A stretch of 64,000 nucleotides of DNA from an uncultured Gemmatimonadaceae bacterium (GCA_964430275.1 CAYSGF010000027.1:8133-72132), one strand, 5' to 3'; shown: positions 33,062-42,312, numbered from the stretch's first letter. The notes: generated from the sequence alone by a model not told the origin. Numbers and translations: made by a program.

Positions 33062-34033
33062 ATGATCAGTCGACGTGAATGGCTGGGGCTCACACTTGGC
33101 GCGGGCGCTGCCCTGACACTGGACCCGCGCATGCTGCGCGGGGCGCTGGCACAGGCGCACCCCGGCAATCTCATCACGCGCGCGGTCCCGTCGACAGGCG
33201 AGCAGCTGCCGCTCGTGGGACTCGGCAGCTCCGCGACGTTCTCGCGCGTGGCTCGCAGCGAGGACGTGAGCGCACTGCGTGAGGTCTTCAGCACGATGCT
33301 CGAGCTGGGCGGCACCGTCTTCGACACGGCACCCGGCTATGGTGCGTCCGAGGAGGTTGCGGGCCAGCTCGCGCAGGAGCTCGGCCTTACAGATCGCATC
33401 TTCTGGGCGACCAAGGTGAATGTCGCCGGTCGCGGCGGCGGCGACGCGGACCCGGCGGCCGCGCGCGCGCAGATCGAAGCGTCCTTCGCGAAGCTGCATA
33501 CGCCGGTGATCGATCTGATCCAGGTGCACAACCTGGGAGACGTGCCGACGCAGCTCGCCATTCTGAAGGAGTACAAGGCGCAGGAGCGCGTCCGCTACAT
33601 CGGCGTCACGACCACGAGCGAGAGCCGCTATGGCGATCTCGCCGACATCATGCGCAACGAGCCGATCGACTTCATCGGCGTCGACTACGCGATCGACAAC
33701 CGCGCTGTCGAGGAGACCATCCTGCCGCTCGCCATGGAACGACGCATTGGTGTGCTCGTCTATGCACCATTCGGCCGCACCCGGCTGTGGAGTCGGGTCG
33801 AAGGACGCGAGGTGCCGGCATGGGCGAGTGAGTTCGGCGCGAGCTCGTGGGCGCAGTTCTTTCTCAAGTTCGTCGGGGCACATCCTGCCGTGACCGTGAT
33901 CACGCCCGCGACGAGTCAGGCGCGCCACATGCGTGACAACATGGGTGCTGCCATGGGAACACTGCCCGACGAGGCAACGCGTCAGCGCATGATCGAGCTG
34001 GTCGACAGCCTGCCGGAGGCAGAGCGAGGCTGA
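33062..34033 (+). CDS. aldo/keto reductase with twin-arginine signal
   Basis: Start moved to ATG 33062 (MISRREWLGLTLGAGAALTL). AKR body (FDTAPGYGASEE ... LIQVHN ... YIGVT). Confidence 0.85.
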   Translation: MISRREWLGLTLGAGAALTLDPRMLRGALAQAHPGNLITRAVPSTGEQLPLVGLGSSATFSRVARSEDVSALREVFSTMLELGGTVFDTAPGYGASEEVAGQLAQELGLTDRIFWATKVNVAGRGGGDADPAAARAQIEASFAKLHTPVIDLIQVHNLGDVPTQLAILKEYKAQERVRYIGVTTTSESRYGDLADIMRNEPIDFIGVDYAIDNRAVEETILPLAMERRIGVLVYAPFGRTRLWSRVEGREVPAWASEFGASSWAQFFLKFVGAHPAVTVITPATSQARHMRDNMGAAMGTLPDEATRQRMIELVDSLPEAERG

Positions 34034-34071
34034 GTTCAACGGGCCGTGACCGGGATCGCCCGGTCACGGCC

Positions 34072-35892
34072 TCATGCGCTGTTCGTCGCGAGGAGCCTCG
34101 AGCGCGCTGCCGCCCTGACCGCTGCCACACAGCCGGCTGCACCGACCACCACGACGAAGGCGCCCAGTCCAGGGCGACCCAGCAGCAGCCACCCCACACC
34201 GAACAGCAGCGAGAACACACCCACATTGCCGGCCACCCACGCGAGCGCCGTCCACGCGATCGCACGTCGCGGTGCTGCACCGGGGATGTCTTTCCACCAA
34301 CCTGGCGGACGGACGCGCTCCGCAAAACGGGTGAGCTGCTCGCGTGGTACGGGCGCCGTCAGGAACGTCGCTGCGAGCGCCGCGGTCATCGCAATCGCGA
34401 CGATCGCGACGAGCAGGTACTCGTCACGTGCGTCCGGGAACAGCGGATAGAGCACGATCGCGGTGATCGTCGCGACGATCATCCCGACGATCTCCGTCCA
34501 GGCGTTCACGCGCCACCACAGCCAGCGCAGCATCGAGGGCAGCCCCAGCCCGGCGCCGAGCGCGACGAAGAACCTCCACGCCTGCTCGATGCTTTCGATC
34601 TGCGCTGCGATCACGACTGCCAGCGCAGCGAGCAGGAAGACGCAGGTGCGGCTGACACGGATGAGCTCCTGCTGGCTCGCGTGCGGACGCAGGAACCGGC
34701 GGTACAGGTCACTCGTCAGGTAGCTCGCGCCCCAGTTCAGGTGCGTGTCCACGGTGCTCATGAACGCCGCGAGCAGCGAGGCGAACAGCATGCCGAGCAC
34801 GCCGACGGGCAACAGCATCGCCATGAGCACGGGGTACGCCATTTCCCGGTCGCCTGCGACGATGGCGGCGGCGCCGTCGCCCGTGACACCGAGCGGAAAC
34901 ACCACCATCCCGACCAGGCCGATCAGCACCCACGGCCACGTTCGCAGCGAGTAGTTCGCGATCGCGAACCAGATGCCGCCGGCCTCGGCATGCGCGTCGT
35001 CCTTCGCGGTGAACAGACGCTGCGCGAGATAGCCGCTGCCGTCGCTGAAGTACTGCGCCCACCACTGCACAGCGACGTAGATCAGGAACACCTGCACCGG
35101 CAGCCACGCCGCCTGTGCTCCGGGGAAAAAGGCGAGGACCTGATCGGCGTCGTAGTGCTGCGCGAGCGAGACCCGCAGCTCGCCCAGCCCGCCGACGCTG
35201 TCCACCGCGAACCATGCGAACGTGATGCTGCCGACCAGCGCGAGCACGAACTGCAGCAGGTCCGTCAGGATCACACCGCGGATACCGCCCAGGCTCGAGT
35301 ACAGCGCAATCAGTCCGAAGAGCACGAGCACCGTCAGCGTGTCACCGGCTCCGCCGATCGTGAGCACGTCGGGCCATGTCCGCTCGAATGCCGCGAGCGC
35401 GTCCGCACCGATCCACGTTTCCCAGCGCGCGAACGGCGCGGCGATCTTGACCATCGCACGGATCACCCAGCCGAGCACGATGCCGTTGATCAGCAGGGCG
35501 AAGAACACCGCCTTGAAGCCGCGCAGCAGCGTCGCACTGCTGCCGCCATAGCGCAGCTCGACCAGCTCCGCATCCGTCATGACGCGCGCACGCCGCCACA
35601 GCGCGGCGAATACGACGGCCATCGACACGTGCGAGATCGCCCACGACCACCAGAACCAGTTGCCTGCAATCCCGTGCTCCGCGACCAGCCCTGCAACGAC
35701 CAGCGGCGTATCGGCAGCGAACGTCGTCGCGGCCATCGACGTGCCGAGCCACCACCAGGGCAGCGTGCGGCCAGCTACGAAATACGATTCGAGCGACGTG
35801 CCGGCGCGCCGCGATACCAGCACACCCACCGCCAGTGCGAGCACGAGGTACAGGATGACGATCGCCCAGTCGAGCGGTGCGAGTGCGGCCAT
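34072..35892 (-). CDS. sodium:solute symporter (SSS) family transporter
   Basis: 606-aa multi-TM ORF with an SSS-type N-terminus (DWAIVILYLVLALAVGVLVSRR...YFVAGR). Confidence 0.9.
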   Translation of the reverse strand: MAALAPLDWAIVILYLVLALAVGVLVSRRAGTSLESYFVAGRTLPWWWLGTSMAATTFAADTPLVVAGLVAEHGIAGNWFWWSWAISHVSMAVVFAALWRRARVMTDAELVELRYGGSSATLLRGFKAVFFALLINGIVLGWVIRAMVKIAAPFARWETWIGADALAAFERTWPDVLTIGGAGDTLTVLVLFGLIALYSSLGGIRGVILTDLLQFVLALVGSITFAWFAVDSVGGLGELRVSLAQHYDADQVLAFFPGAQAAWLPVQVFLIYVAVQWWAQYFSDGSGYLAQRLFTAKDDAHAEAGGIWFAIANYSLRTWPWVLIGLVGMVVFPLGVTGDGAAAIVAGDREMAYPVLMAMLLPVGVLGMLFASLLAAFMSTVDTHLNWGASYLTSDLYRRFLRPHASQQELIRVSRTCVFLLAALAVVIAAQIESIEQAWRFFVALGAGLGLPSMLRWLWWRVNAWTEIVGMIVATITAIVLYPLFPDARDEYLLVAIVAIAMTAALAATFLTAPVPREQLTRFAERVRPPGWWKDIPGAAPRRAIAWTALAWVAGNVGVFSLLFGVGWLLLGRPGLGAFVVVVGAAGCVAAVRAAARSRLLATNSA

Positions 35893-35973
35893 CAGCAGAG
35901 TTCGGAGTGCGCGTGCGGAGATTGCATCGGCCTAGGGTAAGGCGAAAGCGCGTGCAGGACAAATCGGGATGCG

Positions 35974-36019
35974 GCGGAATCCGGAGGCGGAATCCGGAGT
36001 GCGGAATCCGGAGTGCGGT
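35974..36019. repeat. short tandem repeat, 13-14-bp unit GCGGAATCCGGAG(T) x3 plus a partial unit
   Basis: Read directly in the intergenic space between the SSS start (35892) and the UbiD-family stop (36024). Confidence 0.85.
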
Positions 36020-36023
36020 ACGC

Positions 36024-37862
36024 TCAGATCACGCCATGGAGGGACCCGCCCGGGGCGCCGAGACGATCCACGCGACGCTCGACGGCGGGATCGGCGGCGA
36101 GCACCGGGGCGTGATGCGGCTTGATGCGCGCGTCGATGATGAGCGGACCGCGGCAGCCCCAGTGCTTGTGCTCGATGAATGCATCCACGCCGTGTATGTC
36201 GTGTGACGGGTTGCTGCGCGTGAACGTCACCCAGAGGAAGTCGTTCAAGGAACGCGCTGTGAATGCCGCATCGTCACAGAGCACGAGTAGTGGCAGACCG
36301 GCGAGGTCATGACGGGAGAGCTCCGCCGTGAGTGCTGCGATCTCGCGTGCCGCCGCGTCGTACGTCGTGAATGGCGGCCCCTCGAGGGCGACGACGCCGG
36401 GCATCACCAGCGCGCTTCCATCGAACGGTCGCGGCAACCGCACGTGGTTGGGGACCTCGTCCCACAGCTCCCGGCGGCGCGGACCCGCCGCCGCGATCGC
36501 CACCTTCGAGCCCGCATTCAGCCCGGTGCCGCTGTAGTCGAGTGTGTCGATCGTCGTGTTCGTCTGGAAGTGCAGGTCCCTCGTCAGGTCGATCCGCTCC
36601 AGCATGTGTCGCAGGAACGCTGCGACGTTGTGAATGTCGAGCGTCGGATCATCCTCGTGCGCGCAGATCCACAGGTACTTCGCGAGGCTGAGCTGATTCT
36701 TGCCGAAGATGTGGTTCGCAATCGTCAGGATCTCCTGCGGCCGGCGCTCCCGCTCGTACGGCGTATAGCGCTCGCTGCCGATTGCGAGCAGCAGTGGGTG
36801 CACGCCCGCGGCGTCCACGGCATGCACGGCCTGCAGCCCGGGAATCTCCTGCGGGATCGCATCGCCCGTGAGCTCGTGGATGAGCGCGCCGAAGCTCGTG
36901 TCTTCCTGCGGCGGCCGACCGACCACGGTAAACGGCCAGATCGCGCCCGGACGGTGGTGCACCTGATGCACACGCATGACCGGGTAGTCGTGCACCAGGC
37001 TGTAGTAGCCGAGGTGATCACCGAACGGCCCCTCCGGCCTCGTATCGTGCGGCTGGACCGTGCCCGTGATCACGAAATCGGCATCGGAGGAGATGCAGAA
37101 GCCGGCATCGTCACGTGTGTAGCGAAAAGCACGGTTGCCGAGCACCCCCGCGAACACGAGCTCGGGCAGTCCTTCCGGCAGCGGCATGACGGCAGCCAGC
37201 GTATGAGCGGGCGGCCCGCCGACGAAGATGCTTACCCGCAGCGGCTGGCCTGCCGCATTCGCGCGGGCCTGGTGCACGCCGATACCACGGTGGATCTGGT
37301 AGTGGAGGCCGATCTCGCGATCCTGCTCGTAGGCGTTGCCACCGAGCTGCACACGGTACATCCCGAGGTTCGCGCCCATCACACCCGGCCTGGCGACGTC
37401 CTCCGTGTACACCTGCGGCAGCGTGATGAACGGACCACCGTCGTCCGGCCAGTGCACGATCTGCGGTAGATCGCTGATGCGCGCCGTGCCCTGCAGGACC
37501 GGCGGCGTGCGTCGCACGCGGCGCGGCAGCGCAGCCGTCGCCAGTGCCGCGGCGGATGCATGCTGAATCGGATGGCGCAGTGCGCGCATCGGATCGTACT
37601 TCAGCCCGACGAGCGTCTGTACACGCGCCAGTGTGTCGCGGAAGAGGAAGCGCGCCCGCTCGAGCGTGCCGAACAGGTTGGACACCGCAGGGAATCGGCA
37701 GCCTTTCACATTCTCGTAGAGCACGGCGGGACCGCCTGCGGCGAACACCCGCTGATGGATCGCCGCCATCTCGAGCCGCGGGTCGACCTCTTCCCGGACG
37801 CGCACGAGATGACCGTTCGCTTCCAGGTCGCGGACGCACGCTTCGAGGGTGGAGTAGCCCAT
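36024..37862 (-). CDS. UbiD family decarboxylase
   Basis: 612-aa ORF. The N-terminus (LEACVRDLEANGHLVRVREEVDPRLEMAAIHQRV) and body are typical of UbiD-family (prenylated-FMN) decarboxylases. Confidence 0.9.
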   Translation of the reverse strand: MGYSTLEACVRDLEANGHLVRVREEVDPRLEMAAIHQRVFAAGGPAVLYENVKGCRFPAVSNLFGTLERARFLFRDTLARVQTLVGLKYDPMRALRHPIQHASAAALATAALPRRVRRTPPVLQGTARISDLPQIVHWPDDGGPFITLPQVYTEDVARPGVMGANLGMYRVQLGGNAYEQDREIGLHYQIHRGIGVHQARANAAGQPLRVSIFVGGPPAHTLAAVMPLPEGLPELVFAGVLGNRAFRYTRDDAGFCISSDADFVITGTVQPHDTRPEGPFGDHLGYYSLVHDYPVMRVHQVHHRPGAIWPFTVVGRPPQEDTSFGALIHELTGDAIPQEIPGLQAVHAVDAAGVHPLLLAIGSERYTPYERERRPQEILTIANHIFGKNQLSLAKYLWICAHEDDPTLDIHNVAAFLRHMLERIDLTRDLHFQTNTTIDTLDYSGTGLNAGSKVAIAAAGPRRRELWDEVPNHVRLPRPFDGSALVMPGVVALEGPPFTTYDAAAREIAALTAELSRHDLAGLPLLVLCDDAAFTARSLNDFLWVTFTRSNPSHDIHGVDAFIEHKHWGCRGPLIIDARIKPHHAPVLAADPAVERRVDRLGAPGGSLHGVI

Positions 37863-37971
37863 CAGATTCGTCGCATCGCTGACGCTGTGCTCATGCCGGG
37901 TTCATCCTCCATGGGAGACGTCCGGTTTCCGGCGTTTGTCGAGTAACGCGGGTTCGTGGCGTCTGCAGGCT

Positions 37972-38254
37972 GCCGGTACAACATCTTCACCACGGAGCCC
38001 GCGGAGCGCACACAGTCATCATTCGCTGAAGACGAAGACTGCGCGGGCGTGCCCGGCGATACCGACGCCTGCTCGTGATCACCATCCGCATTTTTTTCTG
38101 TCAACATACGGCTGCGAACGTTCCGTGCGCGTCGTCGCCAGCCCGGCGGGTCACCAACCAGGAAGCCCGGTCCCTGCTCGACCCCGCAGATACGTCCTCC
38201 GCCGCGAACCCTCTGCGTGCTCCGCGCGCTCCGTGGTGAAAACGCTGTTCCGGC
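37972..38254. repeat. MITE-like element, copy 1 (about 283 bp, long terminal inverted repeats)
   Basis: Left arm GCCGGTACAACATCTTCACCACGGAGCCCGCGGAGCGCAC (37972-38011) is the inverted match of the right arm GTGCTCCGCGCGCTCCGTGGTGAAAACGCTGTTCCGGC (38217-38254). The interior aligns with copy 2 at 42313-42580 (shared core TCAACAyACGGCyGCGAACGTTCsGTGCGCG). Confidence 0.8.
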
Positions 38255-38344
38255 ACGCTGACACGCCGAGCACGCCGAGCACGCCGACGCGCCCGCCAGG
38301 TGCGAGCCCGGCCTGACCGCGAGACCGGGCCCGCACTCTCACCC

Positions 38345-39265
38345 TCAGCTGCAGCAGTCCGGACCGCAGCACGCGGACGAAGAGGCTACAGGCAGCGCAC
38401 CGGGTGTCGCAACCGCAGCCGTGGACCCACCGGCCATCGCATGCTCCGCCGACACCGGCTTGCGCGCCCGAACGAACGCGGACATGAAGCGCCCCTGCAC
38501 CGCTTCCGCGACGGCGTCCACCTCCAACCCCGCCTCCTCGAGAAACGCACGCGCATCCTCGATGTCGTAGATGCGCGTCGGCTCCAGGCTCGCGGCCTCG
38601 AAGCCCGCCTCCTGCAGCAGCGCCTCGAACTGCCGCTCCTCCAGCGCACCCGCGACACACCCGACCCACAGCTCCAAGCTCCGCCGCACTTCCGCAGGTA
38701 CTTCACCACGCACGACGACGTCGGAGACCGCGAACCGCCCGCCCGGCTTCAGCACCCGGAACGCCTCGCGCAGTACCTGCCGCTTGTCCGCCGACAGGTT
38801 GATCACGCAGTTCGAGATGATCACGTCCACGGACGCGTCCGGCAACGGAATCTGCTCGATCTCACCCTTCAGGAACTCGACGTTCTCCGCCCCCGCCGCC
38901 GCCGCATTGCGACGCGCCAGCGCCAACATGTCATCCGTCATGTCCAGGCCGTACGCCTTGCCCGTCGGTCCGACGCGCTTCGCCGAGAGCAGCACGTCGA
39001 TGCCGCCCCCGCTTCCCAGGTCCAGCACCACCTCGCCCTCCTTCAGCTCCGCCAGCGCCGTCGGATTCCCGCACCCGAGCGACGCCAGCACGGCATCCGC
39101 CGGCAGCGTCGACGTCGTCACCGCATCGTACAGGTCCCGCGTGATCGGATCCGTCGAGCCACAGCCGCACGACGTGCCGCAGCAGCTTCCCTTCTCACCC
39201 TCGGCCACGCGCCGCGCTGCCTCCCCGTACTTCTCCCGTACCACTGCCTTCACATCCGCGCTCAT
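38345..39265 (-). CDS. arsM: arsenite S-adenosylmethionine methyltransferase ArsM
   Basis: SAM motif VLDLGSGGGID. Conserved Cys pairs (SCCG, GCGNP, NCVINL). Cys-rich tail ACCGPDCCS. AGGAG RBS upstream. Confidence 0.9.
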   Translation of the reverse strand: MSADVKAVVREKYGEAARRVAEGEKGSCCGTSCGCGSTDPITRDLYDAVTTSTLPADAVLASLGCGNPTALAELKEGEVVLDLGSGGGIDVLLSAKRVGPTGKAYGLDMTDDMLALARRNAAAAGAENVEFLKGEIEQIPLPDASVDVIISNCVINLSADKRQVLREAFRVLKPGGRFAVSDVVVRGEVPAEVRRSLELWVGCVAGALEERQFEALLQEAGFEAASLEPTRIYDIEDARAFLEEAGLEVDAVAEAVQGRFMSAFVRARKPVSAEHAMAGGSTAAVATPGALPVASSSACCGPDCCS

Positions 39266-39276
39266 CGTTCTCTCCT

Positions 39277-39292
39277 ATCAATGAATGTTGAT
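39277..39292. promoter_or_regulatory. candidate ArsR operator upstream of arsM (ATCAATGAATGTTGAT)
   Basis: 6-4-6 near-palindrome ending 12 nt upstream of the arsM ATG. Nearly identical to the site upstream of arsR. Confidence 0.5.
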
Positions 39293-39319
39293 GGGTCTGC
39301 TGAAAAAAAACCGCCACCG

Positions 39320-39655
39320 CTAGCCGCAGCACGTCGGGCCCCGGGCCGCCTCACGCCATGCGGCCGCGTCGCCCGCGTTCACGTCACCCAGAAAGGCGCG
39401 CAGGTCCTCGAGCGCCCCTGGAACGAGGGAATAGTAGACCCAGCGCCCCTCGCGCCGGTCCGTGACGACTCCTGCGTCCTTCAGCTTCTTCAGGCGGAAC
39501 GAAAGCCGTGACTGCCCTGCCCCGAGGTCCGCCTGGAGCTCGCACACGCACCGATCCCCGGCGGTGAGGAGCTGCACGATGCGCAGCCGGGTCTCCTCGG
39601 CAATCGCCTGGAAGCGCTGGAGCAGGACGTCGTTCGAAGGAATCGTCGTGGTCAT
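39320..39655 (-). CDS. arsR: ArsR/SmtB family metalloregulator
   Basis: 111-aa C-terminal part of track ORF 39320..40567, starting at ATG 39655. Winged HTH with the CVCEL metal-site motif and a C-terminal TCCG. Confidence 0.9.
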   Translation of the reverse strand: MTTTIPSNDVLLQRFQAIAEETRLRIVQLLTAGDRCVCELQADLGAGQSRLSFRLKKLKDAGVVTDRREGRWVYYSLVPGALEDLRAFLGDVNAGDAAAWREAARGPTCCG

Positions 39656-39668
39656 GGGACGATGATAT

Positions 39669-39684
39669 ATCAACGCTTGTTGAT
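39669..39684. promoter_or_regulatory. candidate ArsR operator upstream of arsR (ATCAACGCTTGTTGAT)
   Basis: Perfect 6-4-6 palindrome 14 nt upstream of the arsR ATG. Confidence 0.5.
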
Positions 39685-39853
39685 TCGTCAAGGGGGGACG
39701 CCTGGCGTGGTGCGCGGACCGCGGCTGCAGCCGGGGGCGCCACGATGTGCCGCCTGGGCGGCTGCCGTTTGCGCGCGACCTACCGACGGGCGGCGTGACC
39801 GGCGAAATTGCAGGAGTCACCTGATTCTGCCGCAGCCCTGGCGCCGAGATCTC

Positions 39854-40654
39854 ATGCTTCATCACCGCACCTATCTGCTCGATGACGAGGCGGACTGGGT
39901 CGTGCTCGTGCACGGTGCGGGCGGCAGCTCGTCGATCTGGTTCCGGCAGCTGCGCGCCTACCGGCAGGCGTTCAACGTCCTGCTGGTGGACCTGCGGGGG
40001 CATGGTGAATCGGCGAAGCTGCGCGACGGGCGGGAGCGGATGCCCTACACCTTCGACGCTCTCGCGCGCGAGGTGCTGGAGGTTCTGGACGAGGTTGGGA
40101 TCGAGCGCGCCCATTTCGTCGGCATCTCGCTCGGTTGCCTGATCATCCGCACGATTGCCGAGCTGGCGCCCGGGCGAGTGCGCTCGATGGTGCTGGGAGG
40201 GGCGATCCTGCGGCTGAACCTGCGCTCGCGGGTCCTTGTCGTGCTGGGCAACCTGGTCAAGCGGTTCGTGCCGTTCATGTGGCTGTACCGCCTGTACGCG
40301 TGGATCCTGATGCCGCGGGTGGGTCACCGGGAGAGCCGCATGATCTTCGTGCGTGAGGCGCAGAAGCTCGCGCGCCAGGAGTTCCTCCGCTGGTTCCGCC
40401 TCACGATGCAGCTTACGCCGCTGCTGCGCCTCTTCGAGGAGCGTGCACCGGAGATTCCGACGCTGTACCTGATGGGTGACCAGGACCACATGTTCCTGCC
40501 TGCGGCGCGGCGCGCCGCGGAGCGCCACCCGCAGGCGGTGCTGCGCGTGATCCGCGAGTGCGGTCACGTCTGCAACATCGAGCGGCCGGGCGCATTCAAC
40601 CGCCTTTCGATCGAGTTCATGCGCGACCCGCTCGCGGCTGGTGCGGCCGGCTGA
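39854..40654 (+). CDS. alpha/beta hydrolase
   Basis: Start moved to ATG 39854. HGAGGSSSIW oxyanion region and a nucleophile elbow GISLG. Confidence 0.8.
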   Translation: MLHHRTYLLDDEADWVVLVHGAGGSSSIWFRQLRAYRQAFNVLLVDLRGHGESAKLRDGRERMPYTFDALAREVLEVLDEVGIERAHFVGISLGCLIIRTIAELAPGRVRSMVLGGAILRLNLRSRVLVVLGNLVKRFVPFMWLYRLYAWILMPRVGHRESRMIFVREAQKLARQEFLRWFRLTMQLTPLLRLFEERAPEIPTLYLMGDQDHMFLPAARRAAERHPQAVLRVIRECGHVCNIERPGAFNRLSIEFMRDPLAAGAAG

Positions 40655-40704
40655 AGCACTGCGCCCGCCTCTTCAGCGACGCGTCTCGTAATCAAGTGAC
40701 CGGC

Positions 40705-41103
40705 CTACGCGGCGGCCGACGGCAGGGTGCGCCGCCGCAGCCCGTCCTCGACGCGCTCGAGCAGCTCCGTCGCCGCTGCCAGGTCCGCGCGGCTGCCGAG
40801 CCCCGCGTCCTTCAGGATGCGCAGACCGTCGCGCGACGCGTCGACGGCCTGCAGCCCGATCTCGCGGAAGTTCTCACGATCCTCGCGCGTGGGGCCGCGC
40901 GCCGGCGGCGGTGGCTGGTCCGCATGCGCCCCTACGATGCACATCGCCATCAGCATCGCGGCCCGGGTCAGCGGCTTCGCGAAGCGTCGCTGCGCGCGAC
41001 GCGGCAGGCTGCCGAAGATGCGGCCGAGACAGCGGCTGTACTGCTGGGTAGCGATGTACTCCGGGAAGTGTTCCCACGCGTAGACGGTCGGACTCGATGC
41101 CAT
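40705..41103 (-). CDS. hypothetical protein
   Basis: Reasonable third-position GC bias in this frame. No family recognised. Start (ATG 41103 versus 41199) uncertain. Confidence 0.4.
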   Translation of the reverse strand: MASSPTVYAWEHFPEYIATQQYSRCLGRIFGSLPRRAQRRFAKPLTRAAMLMAMCIVGAHADQPPPPARGPTREDRENFREIGLQAVDASRDGLRILKDAGLGSRADLAAATELLERVEDGLRRRTLPSAAA

Positions 41104-41331
41104 TGGCGCGCTCCGGCTGATGACGCGCGCAGAATCGCGCTCGCATGCGTGCGCGGACATAGCGGGATCGGCCGACTTTCGCGGCGTGCGACGACGCACC
41201 TCGGCACGTGCCGCTCGCGCCGCCCTTCGGGCGCACGACGCTCAGTGCGTACGACGCCGCTCATGACGTGCGACGGCGCGCGACGCCGATCAGGCGCAGC
41301 GCCTTCCCGCCCTCGCACGCGAGCCCCGGGG

Positions 41332-42258
41332 TCAGGGAGCGGAAAGGACCGGCAGCGGGGGCAGGATCACGTCCGGGTTGTAGTGCCGGAAGACCGCTCT
41401 CCCGATCCTCGCGATCAGCAGGTGGGCGGCATTGTCTACCGCATACGTCGTGTCCTCGTTCTCGCGCGTCATCACGCACAGTGCGATCGGCGCCGCGGGC
41501 GAGTAGATGATGCCGCAGTCGTTGCGCGTCTCATCGACGGACCCCGTCTTGTGCGCGACACGCGTACCAGCCGGCAGCCAGCGCGTCATCATGTTCGCGT
41601 CCTGATTCGCACGCAGCATCACGAGCGCGAGCGAGTCCAGCGCAGGCGAGACCGCACGCCCCTCGTGCAGCTGTGCGAAGAGCTGCGTCGTCTCGCTCGG
41701 CGTCATGACACCGAAGCCATACAGCACCGATGAATCCATCGCGATCGATGTCTGCCGCCGGAACGTCTTCGAGTGCACCTTGCTGTGCGGCAGCCCGAGC
41801 GCTTCCATCTTCTCGCCGACGGTCGCAATGTCGAGCTTGTCGAGCAGCACATTCGTCGCCGTGTTGTCCGACAGCGTGATCATGAGCCACGCGTAGTCTT
41901 CGAGTGTCAGGTTCAGACCGGAGGCCATGTGCTTCAGGATCCCCGACCCGCCGACGCGGTCGCGCGCGATCAGCGAGGCCCGCTCCTCCAGCCGCATGCG
42001 CCCCTGCTCGACCTCGTCCAGCAGCGTCACCAGGATCGGCACCTTCACGAGCGAAGCAGACGGAAACGTCTCATCCCCCCGCATCGAGATGCTCTCCCCC
42101 GTGCTCAGGTTGCGCACGCTGAGCCCGACGACACCCGCATGGCTCCCCGCAATCCGCTCCAGCTCACTCTGCAGCTGCGCGGATGCGGGCAAAGAGCCAG
42201 CGACCGACATGAGCGCCGCCGCGACGATGAGACCGGCCGACCTTTGACGTGTTCGCAT
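41332..42258 (-). CDS. class A beta-lactamase-family serine hydrolase
   Basis: Start moved to ATG 42258 (signal peptide MRTRQRSAGLIVAAALMSVAGSLPASA). SxxK (SASLVK), SDN and KTG motifs in the correct order. Confidence 0.8.
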   Translation of the reverse strand: MRTRQRSAGLIVAAALMSVAGSLPASAQLQSELERIAGSHAGVVGLSVRNLSTGESISMRGDETFPSASLVKVPILVTLLDEVEQGRMRLEERASLIARDRVGGSGILKHMASGLNLTLEDYAWLMITLSDNTATNVLLDKLDIATVGEKMEALGLPHSKVHSKTFRRQTSIAMDSSVLYGFGVMTPSETTQLFAQLHEGRAVSPALDSLALVMLRANQDANMMTRWLPAGTRVAHKTGSVDETRNDCGIIYSPAAPIALCVMTRENEDTTYAVDNAAHLLIARIGRAVFRHYNPDVILPPLPVLSAP

Positions 42259-42312
42259 GTTCAGTCCAGTTCGTTCATCTCGAGTAGAGCGGGCGTCGTC
42301 TCGGTTCAGGCT

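Noticed and set aside
39293-39322. Intrinsic terminator between arsR and arsM at the T8 run
   Set aside because: The T-run is striking, but the preceding sequence offers only a 6-bp GCTAGC palindrome with no stable stem.
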